A stretch of 64,000 nucleotides of DNA from Tubiluchus corallicola (Eukaryota > Animalia > Priapulida): assembly GCA_030141605.1 (NCBI GenBank), contig JAQGDQ010000608.1, positions 65,556-129,555 on the forward strand, read 5' to 3'. A program made the position numbers and the translations under genes. The stretch's first letter is position 1, and every line of letters starts with the position of its first letter. This document shows positions 29,909 to 44,900 of this stretch, piece by piece. The notes below the pieces were generated by a model. That model saw nothing but the letters and a program-made list of their open reading frames with translations, was not told the DNA's origin and did not search any database.

Positions 29909-32900
29909 ATGATAGATATGTCAGGTAACAGTGCTGTAAAACTGGTGTTAGGCAATGGATGTGGGCTTTCACGTCCATAGCATGTCAACACTGTAGCAGT
30001 TTTTGTCAGAATTAGTACTATTTTGAGACTTCACCTACATTTGCTCTAATATTAACCCTTGCATAGTTGCAACATGTAAATAAATGTTCTGTTGTGCTTA
30101 ATTCAATATTGCACATGGCATGATACCTTATAATTTGCTTTCACTTTGACCATTATAAATATAATTAAGGTCTTACCTCTAATTACCAAAATAGACTTTA
30201 CCTCTACATGACAGAATTTTGCGATAAACTCCCGTTTCAGTTTATTGCTTTACAGATATCTCAATTTTGTGTTCTTATCGCTTGTCTTGTATTACCGATG
30301 TCATTTTACTTTTAGATAACATGTTAATCTGTTCTGCTTTTTCTCTTCTCATATTCTTTCAATCTTTGTCTATAAGAATTCCATTTGTGTTTGCTAATTT
30401 TTTCATTGCGTTGTGATTAATACCAACTCGCATCACACTAGCATTTGATTTAGTTATTCCACGCTTAGCTGGCTAATCTTCTACTTCTTGATGAATAAAA
30501 GAAGTTCTGTAAAACTACATTTTCTATAACGGATACATTCTTCAGTTGGCCGTTCTTCAGTACGTTCAGTAATTTGCTTTTCTAGACATTCCCAATATAA
30601 TTCTTACTGACTTGGCTCGAATGCGGTCCAATTCGTCTAACTCGTTTCTTTTTCATGTTTGAACAAGTTTCAGTATTATAGATTAACGATGGTATTGCCA
30701 GTGGTTCAAAGGGTTTTAATGTCATTTCTACTGACATTCTTTCCACATCGCTGATGGTTTCATGGATGAACATGCTTTGGAAAAAAGCAATTCAATTCAA
30801 AAACAGCAGAATGCAGGACAACAAAGTTACGTTATCGTTGCCCTGATTGTTGAATGCTATTATTTTTGTATTAAGTTATTTCAAAGTTGGTTTTAGTTTT
30901 CGTAGACTGTTTATTGCGAGTCTAACGTTTTGTTTGTTTGTATTTTATATTTTATTTTATTGTTCTTGTTGTTTTAGACCTTGAGATTTCTTCTTGTTCG
31001 CTGTCAAGTACAAGCAGTGGGAGTGGCAGGTAAAGATAGCCACTTATTAATTTATCTATGTTGTAAGCAGTGAGCTTAGCATCTTAAATTCCTACTTTTC
31101 AAAACTTACCCGACTGCTGTATTATATTTAATAAAATTGTGTTTACTATTTGTAAACAAAATTGATATAATAATAAAATCAATATTGTATGAGCAGTGAT
31201 TTCAAAACTACATGACTACAATTGCATGATAACCTTTTTACCTCATTTTAATTTAGCACTTAATGTTAATAATGCTATTCGATAATGATCTACTAGTCAG
31301 TATACTTTAAATTTGTAATTAACATCACGCAATTAGAAGCATTTCACTTGCTTGAGATCTTAAATTGTACTGAGGCTGATGTGTCACCTTTAATTGGTGA
31401 AGCTAGTGATTCTTCTTGTCAATGAAATATTACAGTACTTCCTATACACATGTTTATTTCACTCTCTTTGGCTAGTTTAACATTAATATATCAGGCCTTG
31501 ACTTCTGTTCCTCATAATGTCTTAATGTAACAATATGTTATTCATGGCATTTTGAAAATAAACGGAATTAAGCTAGACTAATTTAGGAGATTGCAAATTT
31601 AAAAACATTTTTGTTATTTATTTACTTATAAAATGCAAAAAACACAAGTTTTTCAACAAAACTGTTTTTATGTCACAGCGAAAGGAATGCTATCAATGTT
31701 TACGTGCGAGTACGTCCTCCTGATTTGCCTTCTGGTAATGAGTTTGAGCGAAGAAGCTGCGTGGAGGTGACGAGCGATAGATCGCTGATGATGAAATGCA
31801 AGCCGGAAGCAAAAGTCTACACGTTTGATAAAGTTGCTGATACGCTAGTCACTCAGGTTTGAAATATTAAACCTTTTCACAGTTTCGTTGTGCGCACGTG
31901 CAGTTACTGCAGGTCATATGTTAAGTGTACCGCAGCAGCGCGTCTTAACTACAACTATCACGTGACATGTGGGTAAAGCAAAGCCGTCTTGCACATCAGT
32001 TAGTAACTTCAGTTATTTTACATGCAATTTACTTAATTATGCATTAGCCAGTGCATAGAGTGATCTACTACCAGGATCTTGCTTGTGAACAATACAAAAT
32101 CAACTATATAAGGTTGTAGCTAGCTGTTAAAACGGTTACTATTACAGCAGCATGGGCACAAATGCGTTGTCTGGCACACTCAACCTTTGACCTTTTCACG
32201 ATCATCGTCAATCACTGGAACTGGAACTGCGAATGTAGATAGGTGTCATTAAATTGCCAGCTGTTTTACAAATTTGAGAAAAATATTTGAAACAGTTTTA
32301 AAGACATTTTGAACATTTCTCAAACATTATTTGTGCTGATAGATAGCGGGAATCATGGCATATACTATGCTCTCTAGTCCATGCTCTCTACTCCGTACTA
32401 GTTTTTCTAGAATGTCTTACGTGGAAGAATTATTGTGGCAGAAACCTAGTTTCACGCTTGCGCGGTTATTTCTTCACTGTTAGATGCATTTTTGCCATTT
32501 GCTAGTTAGACGGACACTTGCACCACACGGAATGTTGTATAGCAGCACTGTACTTCAATTTTCGCTTTCGCAAACGCGTGCAATGCGCTCGTGGAATGTT
32601 TGTCGTGCTGTTGGAGATTATGTTCAGTTGTGATGTCATCCCTTAGTTGGGTAGCCTGTTATTTGGTTATCAGAAATGTCTTGGCCTTATTATAGGTGTT
32701 AAAATGTATGCTTATGGCCGTGCTACAAAATGGGGTAGGATGTGAAAAATCATCCTGTTTTCCTTTAAATGAAAAGCATATTTTTTCCTTGATGTTTTTT
32801 CAAATTTTACCTTGTTAGCCAGTTAACTTGGTATTAACGTAGTTGTAATTCTACGAAGCCGTGTTAACGTAGTTGTAATTCTAGGAAGCCGTGTTAAGGT

Positions 32901-35900
32901 AGTTGTAATTCTAGGAAGCCGTGTTAACGTAGTTGTAATTCTAGGAAGCCGTGTTAAGGTAGTTGTAATGCTAGGAAGCCGTGTTAACGTAGTTGTAATT
33001 CTAGGAAGCCGTGTTAACGTAGTTGTAATTCTAGGAAGCCGTGTTAACGTAGTTGTAATGCTAGGAAGCCGTGTTAACGTAGTTGTAATTCTACGAAGCC
33101 ATGTTAACGTAGTTGTAATTCTAGGAAGCCGTGTTAACGTAGTTGTAATTCTAAGAAGCCGTGTTAACGTAGTTGTAATTCTACGAAGCCATGTTAACGT
33201 AGTTGTAATTCTAGGAAGCCGTGTTAACGTAGTTGTAATTCTAGGAAGCCGTGTTAAGGTAGTTGTAATTCTAGGAAGCCGTGTTAATGTAGTTGTAATT
33301 CTAGGAAGCTGTGTTAATGTAGTTCTAATTCTAGGAAGCTGTGTTAATGTAGTTGTAATTCTAGGAAGCCGTGTTAATGTAGTTGTAATTCTAGGAAGCC
33401 GTGTTAACGTAGTTGTAATTCTAGGAAGCCGTGTTAACATAGTTGTAATTCTAGGAAGCCGTGTTCGGTTCTGTGGGAAAACCTATAATTGAGAGCTGCA
33501 TGGCAGGCTACAATGGCACCATCTTTGCTTAGTGAGTAGAAACCTCATTCAACTAATGAGTTTTTTTATCAAACTATTTGCGTCTTGAATTCTGTTCATT
33601 TTTGCTTTCATTTCAGTTCAATTCAGTTATATTTTATTATTAATTAATTTCCACTTTATTGATATATTGCAATTCTTTATTTTTCAGACTATATATATAT
33701 ATATATATCAAGGACTACTATACAACGCACTATTTATAGATTACGTTCATACAAGTATTGATCGCCTCCGCTAGCGGAATCAGAGATCTAAGCGTGCACA
33801 TCCTGTTGTATAGTAGTCCTTGATATATATATATATATATATGTATGTAGAAAATTTCTTTATACTGAATTTATGACTGAATTTAATTTGAATTTTTTTT
33901 AGTCAGCTCTTTTCCATTTGTTGACATTTGGTGATTTTTTTTAAGATGCTTGTTTTGTTTCTAGTGGCCAGACAGGATCGGGCAAAACCTTCACCATGCT
34001 GGGACCGTCGGAGGAGTCGGACACGTTTCGACACGAACTGAGAGGCATCATTCCCCGTACGTTCGAGTACTTGTTCAATCTCATCAAGCGACAGCAGGAT
34101 ATGGTAAACACGAGTTCGTTATGTTGTACTTAGGAAATTAATTAATGAAGGCAAGATACAGCGCAACTCAGCAAAGTATACGGTAGCAAAATTAACTGAC
34201 AGTCGTGATGAAAAACATGACAACTGATGCTCATTAATTTAACAAGTTACATTCATCGATGTGGCTTGCAAAGACGTTACCGAAACGAAATTTTCGGTTT
34301 CGGCAAAATTTATTGAGTTTCGTTGCGGACGTTTTGGATAATTTTCGATAGCATTTTTCAGAGATTTTACTAGTATTTATCCAATTTGCCTTTTCTCCTA
34401 GATGTCAAAAACCGCCGAAAAATCTTGGTTGAGTTAGTTCAAATAAAGCAAAAATTTCGTTTACATAACAGTTTGTGACGTGCTTTTCACGGCAATGCGG
34501 CACTTTCTTCAGTGCTGACGTGCATTTCTCGGCAATGTGGCATATCTTCAGTGCTGACCTCAGTGCTTGCGGTTGCCAAGCCCAATCAACTGAAATATCA
34601 AACCGCGTTTGAATTTATTTGAGCTAAATTGTGTTTAATTTCATAATTTATGAAATACAGGCAACAAAATAAAATTTGTTTATTTTTAATGAACTTTAGA
34701 CATTAATCATTAAGGATACTTAAATCCAAAAACATTATATCACATTAATTTTTCTAATGTAAGCCACTGATACTTGAGGGTCTATACTATAAAATATTCT
34801 TGTGTTTCTATCAGTAATTTTATCACAGCAAATAAAAGCAGATAAACAAAAAACAAATTTTTTTGGTGTGTAAATTCAGTTTCAGCACCATCCCTGATTG
34901 CGTGGCGCCATAATAATAATAATAATAATAATAATAATAGTAATAATCTTTATTTAAGGTCTGCTTTTGGGTCACTATTATCGCCGACTGTAAATAACAA
35001 CCTACAACTAGATAACAGAGACTATTATTACCCCACTTTTACCCTAAATACCACGTGTCAGGCAGGGTAACAGCAGGTACCATTTTTAAAGTCTTTGGTA
35101 CGAACTCACGACCTCCCAGACGAAAAGCAGACGCATTACCACTAGACTAAACCGTCTGGTCAAAACCTATGTAAATCATCGTTATGCAGTAAGAAAAGTA
35201 AACCTAAATACCTCTAGCAGGTGCTAAGATACCTCTAGTAGGTGCTAAAATACCTTTAGTAGGTGCTAAATTACTTCTAGTAGGTGCTAAAATACCTCTT
35301 GAAACAGTTTATTTATCAATACCATTACAAAAAAATATACAACCTAATTTCTGTGTGTTACTGTAAAAAAAGAAATCGTTGATATTTCCCTAATATTTAG
35401 AACAACTGATTTACTTTAAATACTGTAACACGGCTGTTGTTGATTCATCACTACGGCAGAGAACCCATCAATAAGCACCTGTTACTAGTCATTGATGTAT
35501 CTAAGAAGGTGCTACGTGTTGTCAGAACTTACTTAGGTAGTCGAAACTTGTACATGACACAATTGTTCTGAGAATGCAAGCATCAATCGCTATTCAAAAA
35601 TAGAATGTCCATTTTGTAATAATGATGACACAAAGAAGCATTAATATTTGACATCTGACACGAAACTAGATAAAAGGTTTAAACGATTTTTTACGAGGAA
35701 AACATACAAAATTTCCTTTCTTTTTTATGTTGTATTTAGCGTCACATGCCGGGTAAGTACTAGAACAAAACCAGACCCAATGTTAAACTCTGGGTCAAAA
35801 CAACCTATTCTTTACAATATAAACTATTTATTCAAAAATGACTTACGTAAAAGAATTATTACCAAACAAACGCAATTTAGCATTCGCCGTAACTAGTTGT

Positions 35901-38900
35901 TCTCTGTTACATGCATTTCGCCATTCGCTAGTTAGACGGGCACTAGCACCTGCATTTTGGAAAGTGTTGCACAAAAAACATGTGCTGTTCCTTTCAATTC
36001 AGATTTATTAGTTTGTGACGAACTACACGTTCCACAGCTCATGCGTGAGTACCCCGTTAAATTTTAAATTTCAGTTTTTGTCTTAAAACTTGCCTGGTTT
36101 TAGTGCATAATACTAAATGTCTTACAGTACCACTGTACTTCAATTTTCTCCTTTACACGCTCGTGGAATATTTTTGCGGTCGAAAATCATGTTAGTTTGT
36201 GATGCCATCACTAGTTGGGCTCGTCTGCAGTTAATTAAGATTTTAATCCATCATTTAATTATCAGATAACGCGAAGATTAATGCAGTTAAATTACTTAAC
36301 ATGAAGATGTTGATAAGCCGTTATAATTACCTCTTGATCCATAGAAACACGAAGCAGTGGAATTTCTTTGCAAATGCTCTTTCATTGAAATCTACAACGA
36401 GCAAATCTACGATCTTCTGGATGCCGCATCTCCGTCTCTTCAGCTAAGAGAGAATATAAAGAAAGGGGTGTTCGTTGATGGAAACATCGAAGTGGCTGTC
36501 AGTACAGCAAACGAAGCATATCAAGTAAGTTTGCTGTATCACAGTAAGTCCTCGCTTAACGACGCTAAGTTCTCGCTTAACGACGCTAAGTCCCCGCTTA
36601 ACGACGCTCAGTCCTCGCTTAACGAAGCTAAGTCCTCGCTTAACGACGCTAAGTCCTCGCTTAACGACGCCAAGTCCTCGCCGAACGATGCTAAGTCCCC
36701 GCTTAACGACGCTAAGTTCTCGCTTAACGACACTAAGTCCTCGCTTAACGACGCTAAGTCTCTGCTTAACGGCGCTAAGTCCTCGCTTAACGATGCTAAT
36801 GCATTCCAGCAAAACGCCACTTAAACTTAAAGCTTAACTTCATTAAACGAAACCAAAACTTGCATAGAAAGTAATGTAAAAGAAGCGAGATACGTTCCAG
36901 AGGCAAAAATCAATGCTACTTAAATCACATAAATTAAATGTTTTATGAGTTTCTTTATGGTTTCCACTAATTAATTTTTTTCTGCTCGTTTGATACCATC
37001 TTTCTTTCTTACCAATACGTACCTAGCTAGCGGTTTCTCTTTCATTAAGGTTTAAGCCTAGGCAGCCATTAAACAATAAACGCTGTAGAGTCAAAGCCAA
37101 GCACTGCATCAGACGACCTTGGAAATTTTACCATACCAGAGCACCGTATATTTACTACCTAGTCTGGTTGCTATAGGAACAGGTTGCAGGTAGAATTCCT
37201 TCACACGACGTTTGTTCACAAGTCTCGCTTGATAGAAACAGCAGCTAGTATAATAGTCAGTCGGGACGCAAAGACATGTATAATAATTGCACCGCTTACA
37301 TTACTAATGCACTTTTAAAACAGAATAACGCAATATGTGCCATTTTAATGGTTCATATTAAATAAATAAGATAAAATGAAAATTGCCTTTCAGCAAAGTA
37401 GAGAAATCGTCGTTAAGATGAAGTGTGTGTCATTTAGTGAAAAAAGGTGTCAATTGTTCAGCGTCGTTAAAACGAAAACATGGGAGTCATTAAGCGAGGA
37501 CTTACTGTATTTGCGCCCGAGTAAGTTAAGAAATACATCCAGAAAACACATCTGCATTCCGAGGCGTGATCCTCGTGTCATTGCTATGAATGCTTATGGT
37601 GTATTTTTCTAATGCCTTAAAGGGGAATATTAAGTCATGTCTCCCCCAAAAATACCATACTAAGTTATATTACTTAGAATTACGCTTACCTGTTTGAAAG
37701 ACTCGTGTAATTGGAAAGGAAAATTCTTAGTAATTTTCAATGTTTGTGCCCTCACTAGTAAAATGTCACAGACTCACTAAAACGCAGGTATTACCTGTAT
37801 TGATCTTATATGGACAATATCAAGTAATTCATACTTGCGTATGCTCTGATTATTTTTTCTAACTACACAATGTTATGTAAACCTTTTTCAAATGACTTGC
37901 CGTGGTTGCGCCTAACAGTCATCGATGAAGTTTACCGTATTTTCCCGTGTATAAGAGACCCTTGTGTATAAGAGACCCCTTCAATTTTTAGGCAAAAATT
38001 CTGGAAAAACGTTTTTTCAGACGGACATTTTTAGAGGGTAAAGTACAACTTTTTTCAACTCAGTGCGGTACTGAAAACAAAATAAAACCAGTTAATGTGT
38101 TGTAGAAAAAGAGTACTGGTATATATTAAAGTGCGTACCTGCAAACCTGTAACAGGAAAAGAGAAAACGAGGAGATAATGCCTGTGTCACGATGCTTGTA
38201 TTGCTTACAACCGCTTCATAGTCGAACGCGACACGCAAAACAGTTGTAGAGCACTTATTTCTTTAAAATCATTAGTGTCACAATTTATGCATCTTATTGA
38301 AAAGACTTACTCCCATGTATAAGAGACCCCCTATTTTTAAAGTGAAAATTCTGAGCAAAAAAGGGTCTCTTATACACGGGAAAATACGGTAAATTTACAA
38401 GTTTTGCACAACTTTACTACCGGCGCAAGCTCTGTATGCAAAAAGATGCCACGTAAGTGATATAAAGTTTTACGACGAATTTTTAAGCTTTGTTTATGAT
38501 GGGTGTTTTTGTACTTTAGAATAAAGTTGCGTAAAATTTTGCTTCGTATGATATTTCGTTTTCTTGATTTCTTTACGCTTCTACTACACTTTCCAATCAA
38601 CATTATATTATCACATATATTAATTCTACTGGCATTGGCTTAATATATTTATATATATAGATATATATATATATAAGATTCAAGGCTACAGCTCGGACGA
38701 CGGCGCCATTTGCGACGATCTATACATCAAACGAAAGGTCTCGATCTAGTGTCGTCTCATTGGGGGTTTGTTTTTCGAATGGCCATTTTTTGAACGTTTT
38801 TCGCAAAAGTTATATGGCTGAGATCTGAAGAACGGGAACGGGCCGTGTCCACTGAGACGAGTTAATTAGATGTTCTATTTTCGGCAATTTTCACTTGGAA

Positions 38901-41900
38901 AACTGCTAACGCAAAGCTATTGTTGTGACGTCATCCATTATACACTGCCTATAAACTTAGAGCTTTGATTCAGTAAAAGCTGCTGCTGGCTTTGTGTTAG
39001 GTAAGTAAACAAACACTAGGTAGGATGTTTGCGTATTTATGTGCAAAATTTTTTGCGGGGCCTTTGCTAGTCTTATAATTAATACACGCATTCAACATTC
39101 CCGGTAAATAGTTTTCAATTTCAAAATTTCGTCTCAACTGCATCGCAATCGACACTTTACGCATGTTATCTCGTGAATTTTTGCTTAAATTACCTATGTG
39201 TTTGAAGGTTTTACAATCTGGTTGGATTAATCGACGAGTCGCATCTACTTCCATGAACAGAGAAAGTTCGCGCAGTCATGCTCTCTTTACATTATGGGTT
39301 GAATCAAAGGTAATAATTTTTTTTTCATTCAATGACTATTATTTACTACAAGAGGATTATATCTTTACTGCGAGTGTAATTTTATGTTATGCTGTATAAT
39401 AGTTACGAATTTATCGTTTTATTATTGTTTCCTAGGAAACTAAAGACGGAGTGAAAAATATCAAGGTGTCGCAGTTGAATTTAGTAGACTTAGCTGGCAG
39501 CGAAAGACAGAAGGACACACAGGCTGCAGGTATCAGGATAAAGGTAAGTCAAATTTAGCGTTTAATGTATCGTAAATTTGGTAGTTTTTGAAATCATTTT
39601 TTGTATGCTTTGTTGCAATGGTGGTGGATTGTAATATATAATATAATATAATATAATATAATATAATATAATATAATATAATATAATATAATATAATATA
39701 ATATAATATAATATAATATAATATAATATAATATAATATAATATAATATAATATAATATAATATAATATAATATAATATAATATAATTAATATAATATAA
39801 TATAAGTAATATATAAAGTAAACTAGATAAATAAGCATAGTTTTTTGAAAATGTATGAGCATTAATTAGTTCTTTTTAATTTTTGATGTTAACCTGTTTT
39901 CCAGGAGGCTGGGAAAATTAACCAGTCTTTGTCTACGCTTGGCAACGTCATGAAGGCGTTAGTAGATATGGGTCACGGAAAGTCGAGATACGTTCCGTAT
40001 CGAGATTCGAAGCTTAGCTTTCTTTTACGCGTAAGTGTGGTTTTTTTATCAAAAGAATCAAGCAGCGAAGTATCAAACAATTTGCCATGATTGTCACCGT
40101 GAGATAGCCTTCTTTCCTACTATTTTCATTATCCGGTTAATTAACAGCCTTCATTTACCAGCTTCATACCTGCATCAGCATGGATGTGGAGATGAAATTA
40201 TCTTCTAACTAAATTAAATGAAGAAGAAAAAATGCTACTGCAAAATTGTTTTGCTCTATTCACTTACTGAGCAGGCAAACTCGTGGAAAAAATTGTCAGA
40301 AGCCATTATTTTTCAAGAAAGGCGTTCTATAATTTTTTTATGTGCAAGCTGACAGTGGTAAAATGCATTGTACTTTGCAATGGGTAAGAAGTAATGCTGT
40401 AAAAATGAAATGATTGAATGCTATATCAGATAACGTGTAAGTAAGTATATACGTTTGGTATATTTCAATACAGGAACTCATTATTAACCTTCTCTTTTAC
40501 AATTTAAACCAACTTCCTTCTGCTCTTTTTTGGACGGTTTCGTCTTTTGTGTGAAGCCACATATTCTGTATAATCCTACATTTGTTGATCCAAAATAAAT
40601 AAATAGATGGATAAACAAATAAACAAATAAACAAAAGTATTACGAGATAAACCTTCAGTAGTTTCTCTTCCTCTTTCTTTGTCTTAGTGCTTCATTTTGA
40701 TACGACTGTTTTAGCTCGAGACTTTACCTTATCTACTATGAGCAAGCTTTTTTATTACTTAAGATTTTATTTTTGCAATTTTTATTACTTAAGATTAACT
40801 AAACTCACATGACATCAACACCACACACAAACAACAAAAAGAGACAAACAACTGCAAATCATACAATCTGCAACGACACACATTGTAAGTAGTTTTCATT
40901 CAAACATTTGAAAGCTGCATGGGTGCATCTGCTTGTAACCTCAGAGCAAAATTAGACAACTTAATTGAAAGCCATACCCTTTCTTAAACTGCGACTGAAA
41001 CCGTGTAACCTCTAAAATATTGAAAGACAGAGCTTTACGCTTTTTTAAGAATGTCTTACTTCTGGGGTGTGCAAATTGCGGCCCGCGAAGAGATTCGTCA
41101 ACCTAATGAAAGTGCGGCCCGGGCGATTAATTGAGTGTATCCAGCTGAGGTCCGTACCATGATCCTAAAGATGACGCGGGTAGTTTTTTCTACTAGATCG
41201 GATGCCATTAACCCTTACAAGACGGTTGTAGCTTAATGTCACTGTACTACACAGACTATGCATTGTAATGAAATTACCACTATCCGTCCTGAAAGTAGAA
41301 ATACATGGTTTGTAATATAAATTTTTGTAACTTCTAAGATAGTTTCTTGAGTGTAGTAGTAATGATGTACGCAGGTCGGATGCAAAAAAATCGTTATTAG
41401 GCCTTTCTGTACTTGGCTCCTTGATCAAACTGCCTGTGGCCCGGCTAGTCAGATAATTTGCACACCCCTGTCTTACGTGAAAGAATTATTATTGTAGAAA
41501 CGTTTGTGCAGTTAGTTCTTCGCTGTTACTTCGACGAGCGCTACTCCCTACTGCGCATAAAAAACAGATGCTGTACGTCTCTGTTCAGATGTGGTTCAGT
41601 TGTGACGGCAGGCACGTTCGAGAACTCGTGCATCAGAACGGCGATAAGCTCGAAGTTTATAAATTATTAAACTTAAAATTTACCAATGTTCTCTACAGTA
41701 GCGCTCCACTTCAATTTTCACTTACGAAACACATTCAAGACGCTCATGGAATGTTTGTACTGTGAGAAATTATATTCATTTGTGGTGTCATCAGTAGTTG
41801 AGTTCACTAACCATTAATTAAGTTTTTAATGCATTATTTAATTCAGAGAAGCGCTTTGGCATCTTTATAAGTGTTAAAATGTGTACTTTTTACCGTACTT

Positions 41901-44900
41901 TAAGATGGTATCTTCTTCTTCTTCCCAGCTTTTCCCTACGCGGGGTCGCCGTTGTGAATGAGTCTTCTCCACACATTTCTGTTGTTGACCATCTCTTCAT
42001 TTATGTTCTTCTCTTTAAGGTCTCCATTAATACATTGAATTCATCTCCGCTTGGGTCGTCCTCTTCTTCTATTTCCCAGCACTTCCATTTCCATGACTTC
42101 CCTTCCCACAAGATCTTCACCGACTCTTCTTTTCAGGTGTCCGTGCCAATCTTGCGAGGCTTCCACTACTTTTACTGTTCCTCTGATATTATTATCTCTA
42201 ATTTTATCTCTTCTTGTTATTCCCACCATCCATCTCAACATCCTCATCTCCACCACACCCATTTTCTTCTCTGCGGTCTTCTTTAGAGAAGCTGCTTCCA
42301 GCCCATAGATTAGAGCGGGTCTGACCACTTCTTTGTGGACTTTACCTCTAAGTCTCACCGACTCATTCAGAGAGGGTTTTGGCGCAGTTTTTACAGGCGG
42401 ATGCCCTTCCTGACCCTAACCCTCCCTATTTATCCGGGCTTGGGACCGGCACTGAGTTGGGCTGGCTTGCCCCTCCCCCCTAGTGGCTAGGTTGTAGTTT
42501 AAAATGGGGTAGAATGTGAAAAAATCATCATGTTTTCCTTTAATAACTTTGGAATATTTCTACACAACAACCAAGTAGCAAAAAGCACGAATAAAGTATT
42601 ACGATTTAAATAGTCAATTAACTGGCATTTGTTTAAAAATGTTTTCTATAACAAGCATTTTTATTCCAGGACTCCTTGGGTGGCAATGCTAAGACATTCG
42701 TAATAGCTTGTGTACATCCACATTTCAGGTATGTCGAATATATACTAGATTTAGATCTAGTTTTATTTGTCTCGTTTCAAACACATACACGAAATTCACT
42801 CTTATTAACAGGTATGTCGAATATATACTAGATTTAGATCTAGTTTTATTTGTCTCGTTTCAAACACATACACGAAATTTGACCTTACAAAATTCACTCT
42901 TATTAAAGCAGTTACTATAGATACCTACTATTCAATACCAAATATCTTATTAAAACTTCGAAATCTAAACTCTGCCTTTATACATTTATTTCATGACAAG
43001 GTAAGCTGGTTCATGCACAGTAATTCTTCACTTTTCTATGGTTTATATGCTGTAGGGATAAAATATTAGCTTCTCTTGTAAACTTGTGACATCTTACATG
43101 TTTCCACTCCATTTTAACTCAATAAGCCTTTTGATAGTTCCAGCAATTGATGATGATCGTGAAAAGGTCAAAGGTTAAGTGTACCAGACAATATATTTAT
43201 GTACACTTGACAATGCCCCATCGCCTATGCTTTTGTAATAGTAAAAGTTTCAACAGCTAGCTAGAACCTTACCTAGTTCATTTTTTCTTGTTCCCAAGCA
43301 AAATCCTGCTAGTAAATCACTCTACGCACATACTGATGCATAACTAAGTAAAGTTCACCTAAAACAACTGAAGTTACTGAACTGATGTGGTAGATGCCTT
43401 TGTTTTATGTCTACGTGTCCATGTGACTGTTATAGTTAAAACACGTTGCTGTGATATACTTAACCTTTGACCTGCAGCAACTGCGCATGTGCCCAAAACT
43501 TAAATTTTACTTTTCGTCCAAACTGAATTCTGATATGTTTGTATCCAATTTTAATACATCTTTAATTTGAAAAATGTCATTCATATTCACTCCTTTCTCG
43601 TTGTTTAAACGGCGCAGATGTTTTGGAGAAACTTTGTCGACGCTCAACTTTGCCCATCGCGCAAAGATGGTAAAGAACAAAGCCGTGGTCAACGAAGACA
43701 CCGTGGGCAATGTGGCAAATCTTCAAGCGGAGATTAAGAAACTGAAAGACGTCATCCAGCAGCTGAAATCTTCTGTGCACATCTCGCAAGATCTTCCTGG
43801 AACAGGTGCTTATTTGTTCTTATGTAGTGATGCTGGCTTGCAGGAAAAAATCATGCTTTTTTGTAAAGTGATGGCTTTTTTGAAGCCATTTGAGTAATTT
43901 GATAAAACTATATAAGTTGCTTAACTGAATGTAGTTCTGCTGTGTGTGGGTAAATGTATTTTAAGAAATTTCTGCATAAAATTTAATATTGTTGTGTAAC
44001 AAAGTACATATAACTTAGTTATAGTAATAAACACTTGACATTTCTACAATTTTTTTACGTCTTTGTCACGTAAATTCTCCCAAAACAGTGAAAAAACCTG
44101 CATTGGAATTTGCAAGTGACAAAAATGGCATATGAGCTTTTTGTATTTAAATCTAACACATGGCTGTGACTTGTGCCAGTACAACAGGACTAATTTGTAA
44201 ATAGTAATATGACCATATCATTGGCACTAAATAGTAATACGACCATATCATTGGCACTAAATAGTAATACAATCATATCATTGGCACTAAATAGTAATAC
44301 AATCATATCATTAGCACTAAATAGTAATACAATCATATCATTAGCACTAAATAGTAATACAATCATATCATTAGCACTAAATAGTAATACAATCATACAA
44401 TTAGCACTAAATAGTAATACAATCATATCATTAGCACTAAATAGTAATACAATCATATCGTTAGCGTAAATAGTAATACAATCATATCATTAGCACTAAA
44501 TAGTAATACGACCATATCATTAGCACTAAATAGTAATACAATCATATCATTAGCACTAAATATAATGCCATATTTAGCACTAAATAGTAATACGACCAAT
44601 CATTGCACTAAATAGTAATACACCATCATTAGCACTAAATAGTAATACGACCATATCATTAGCACTAAATAGTAATACGACCATATCATTAGCACTAAAT
44701 AGTAATACAATCATATCATTAGCACTAAATAGTAATACGACCATATCATTAGCACTAAATAGTAATACGACCATATCATTAGCACTAAATAGTAATACGA
44801 CCATATCATTAGCACTAAATAGTAATACGACCATATCATTAGCACTAAATAGTAATACGACCATATCATTAGCACTAAATAGTAATACGACCATATCATT

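Noticed and set aside
31786-31800. CTGATGA...GAAA hammerhead-like core
   Set aside because: It lies in a KIF15 coding exon and lacks the flanking stems.
36525-36824. SSLNDAK-repeat extension of the kinesin exon
   Set aside because: Kinesin similarity stops at AYQ|GTAAGT and resumes at 39208; the extension is intronic minisatellite.
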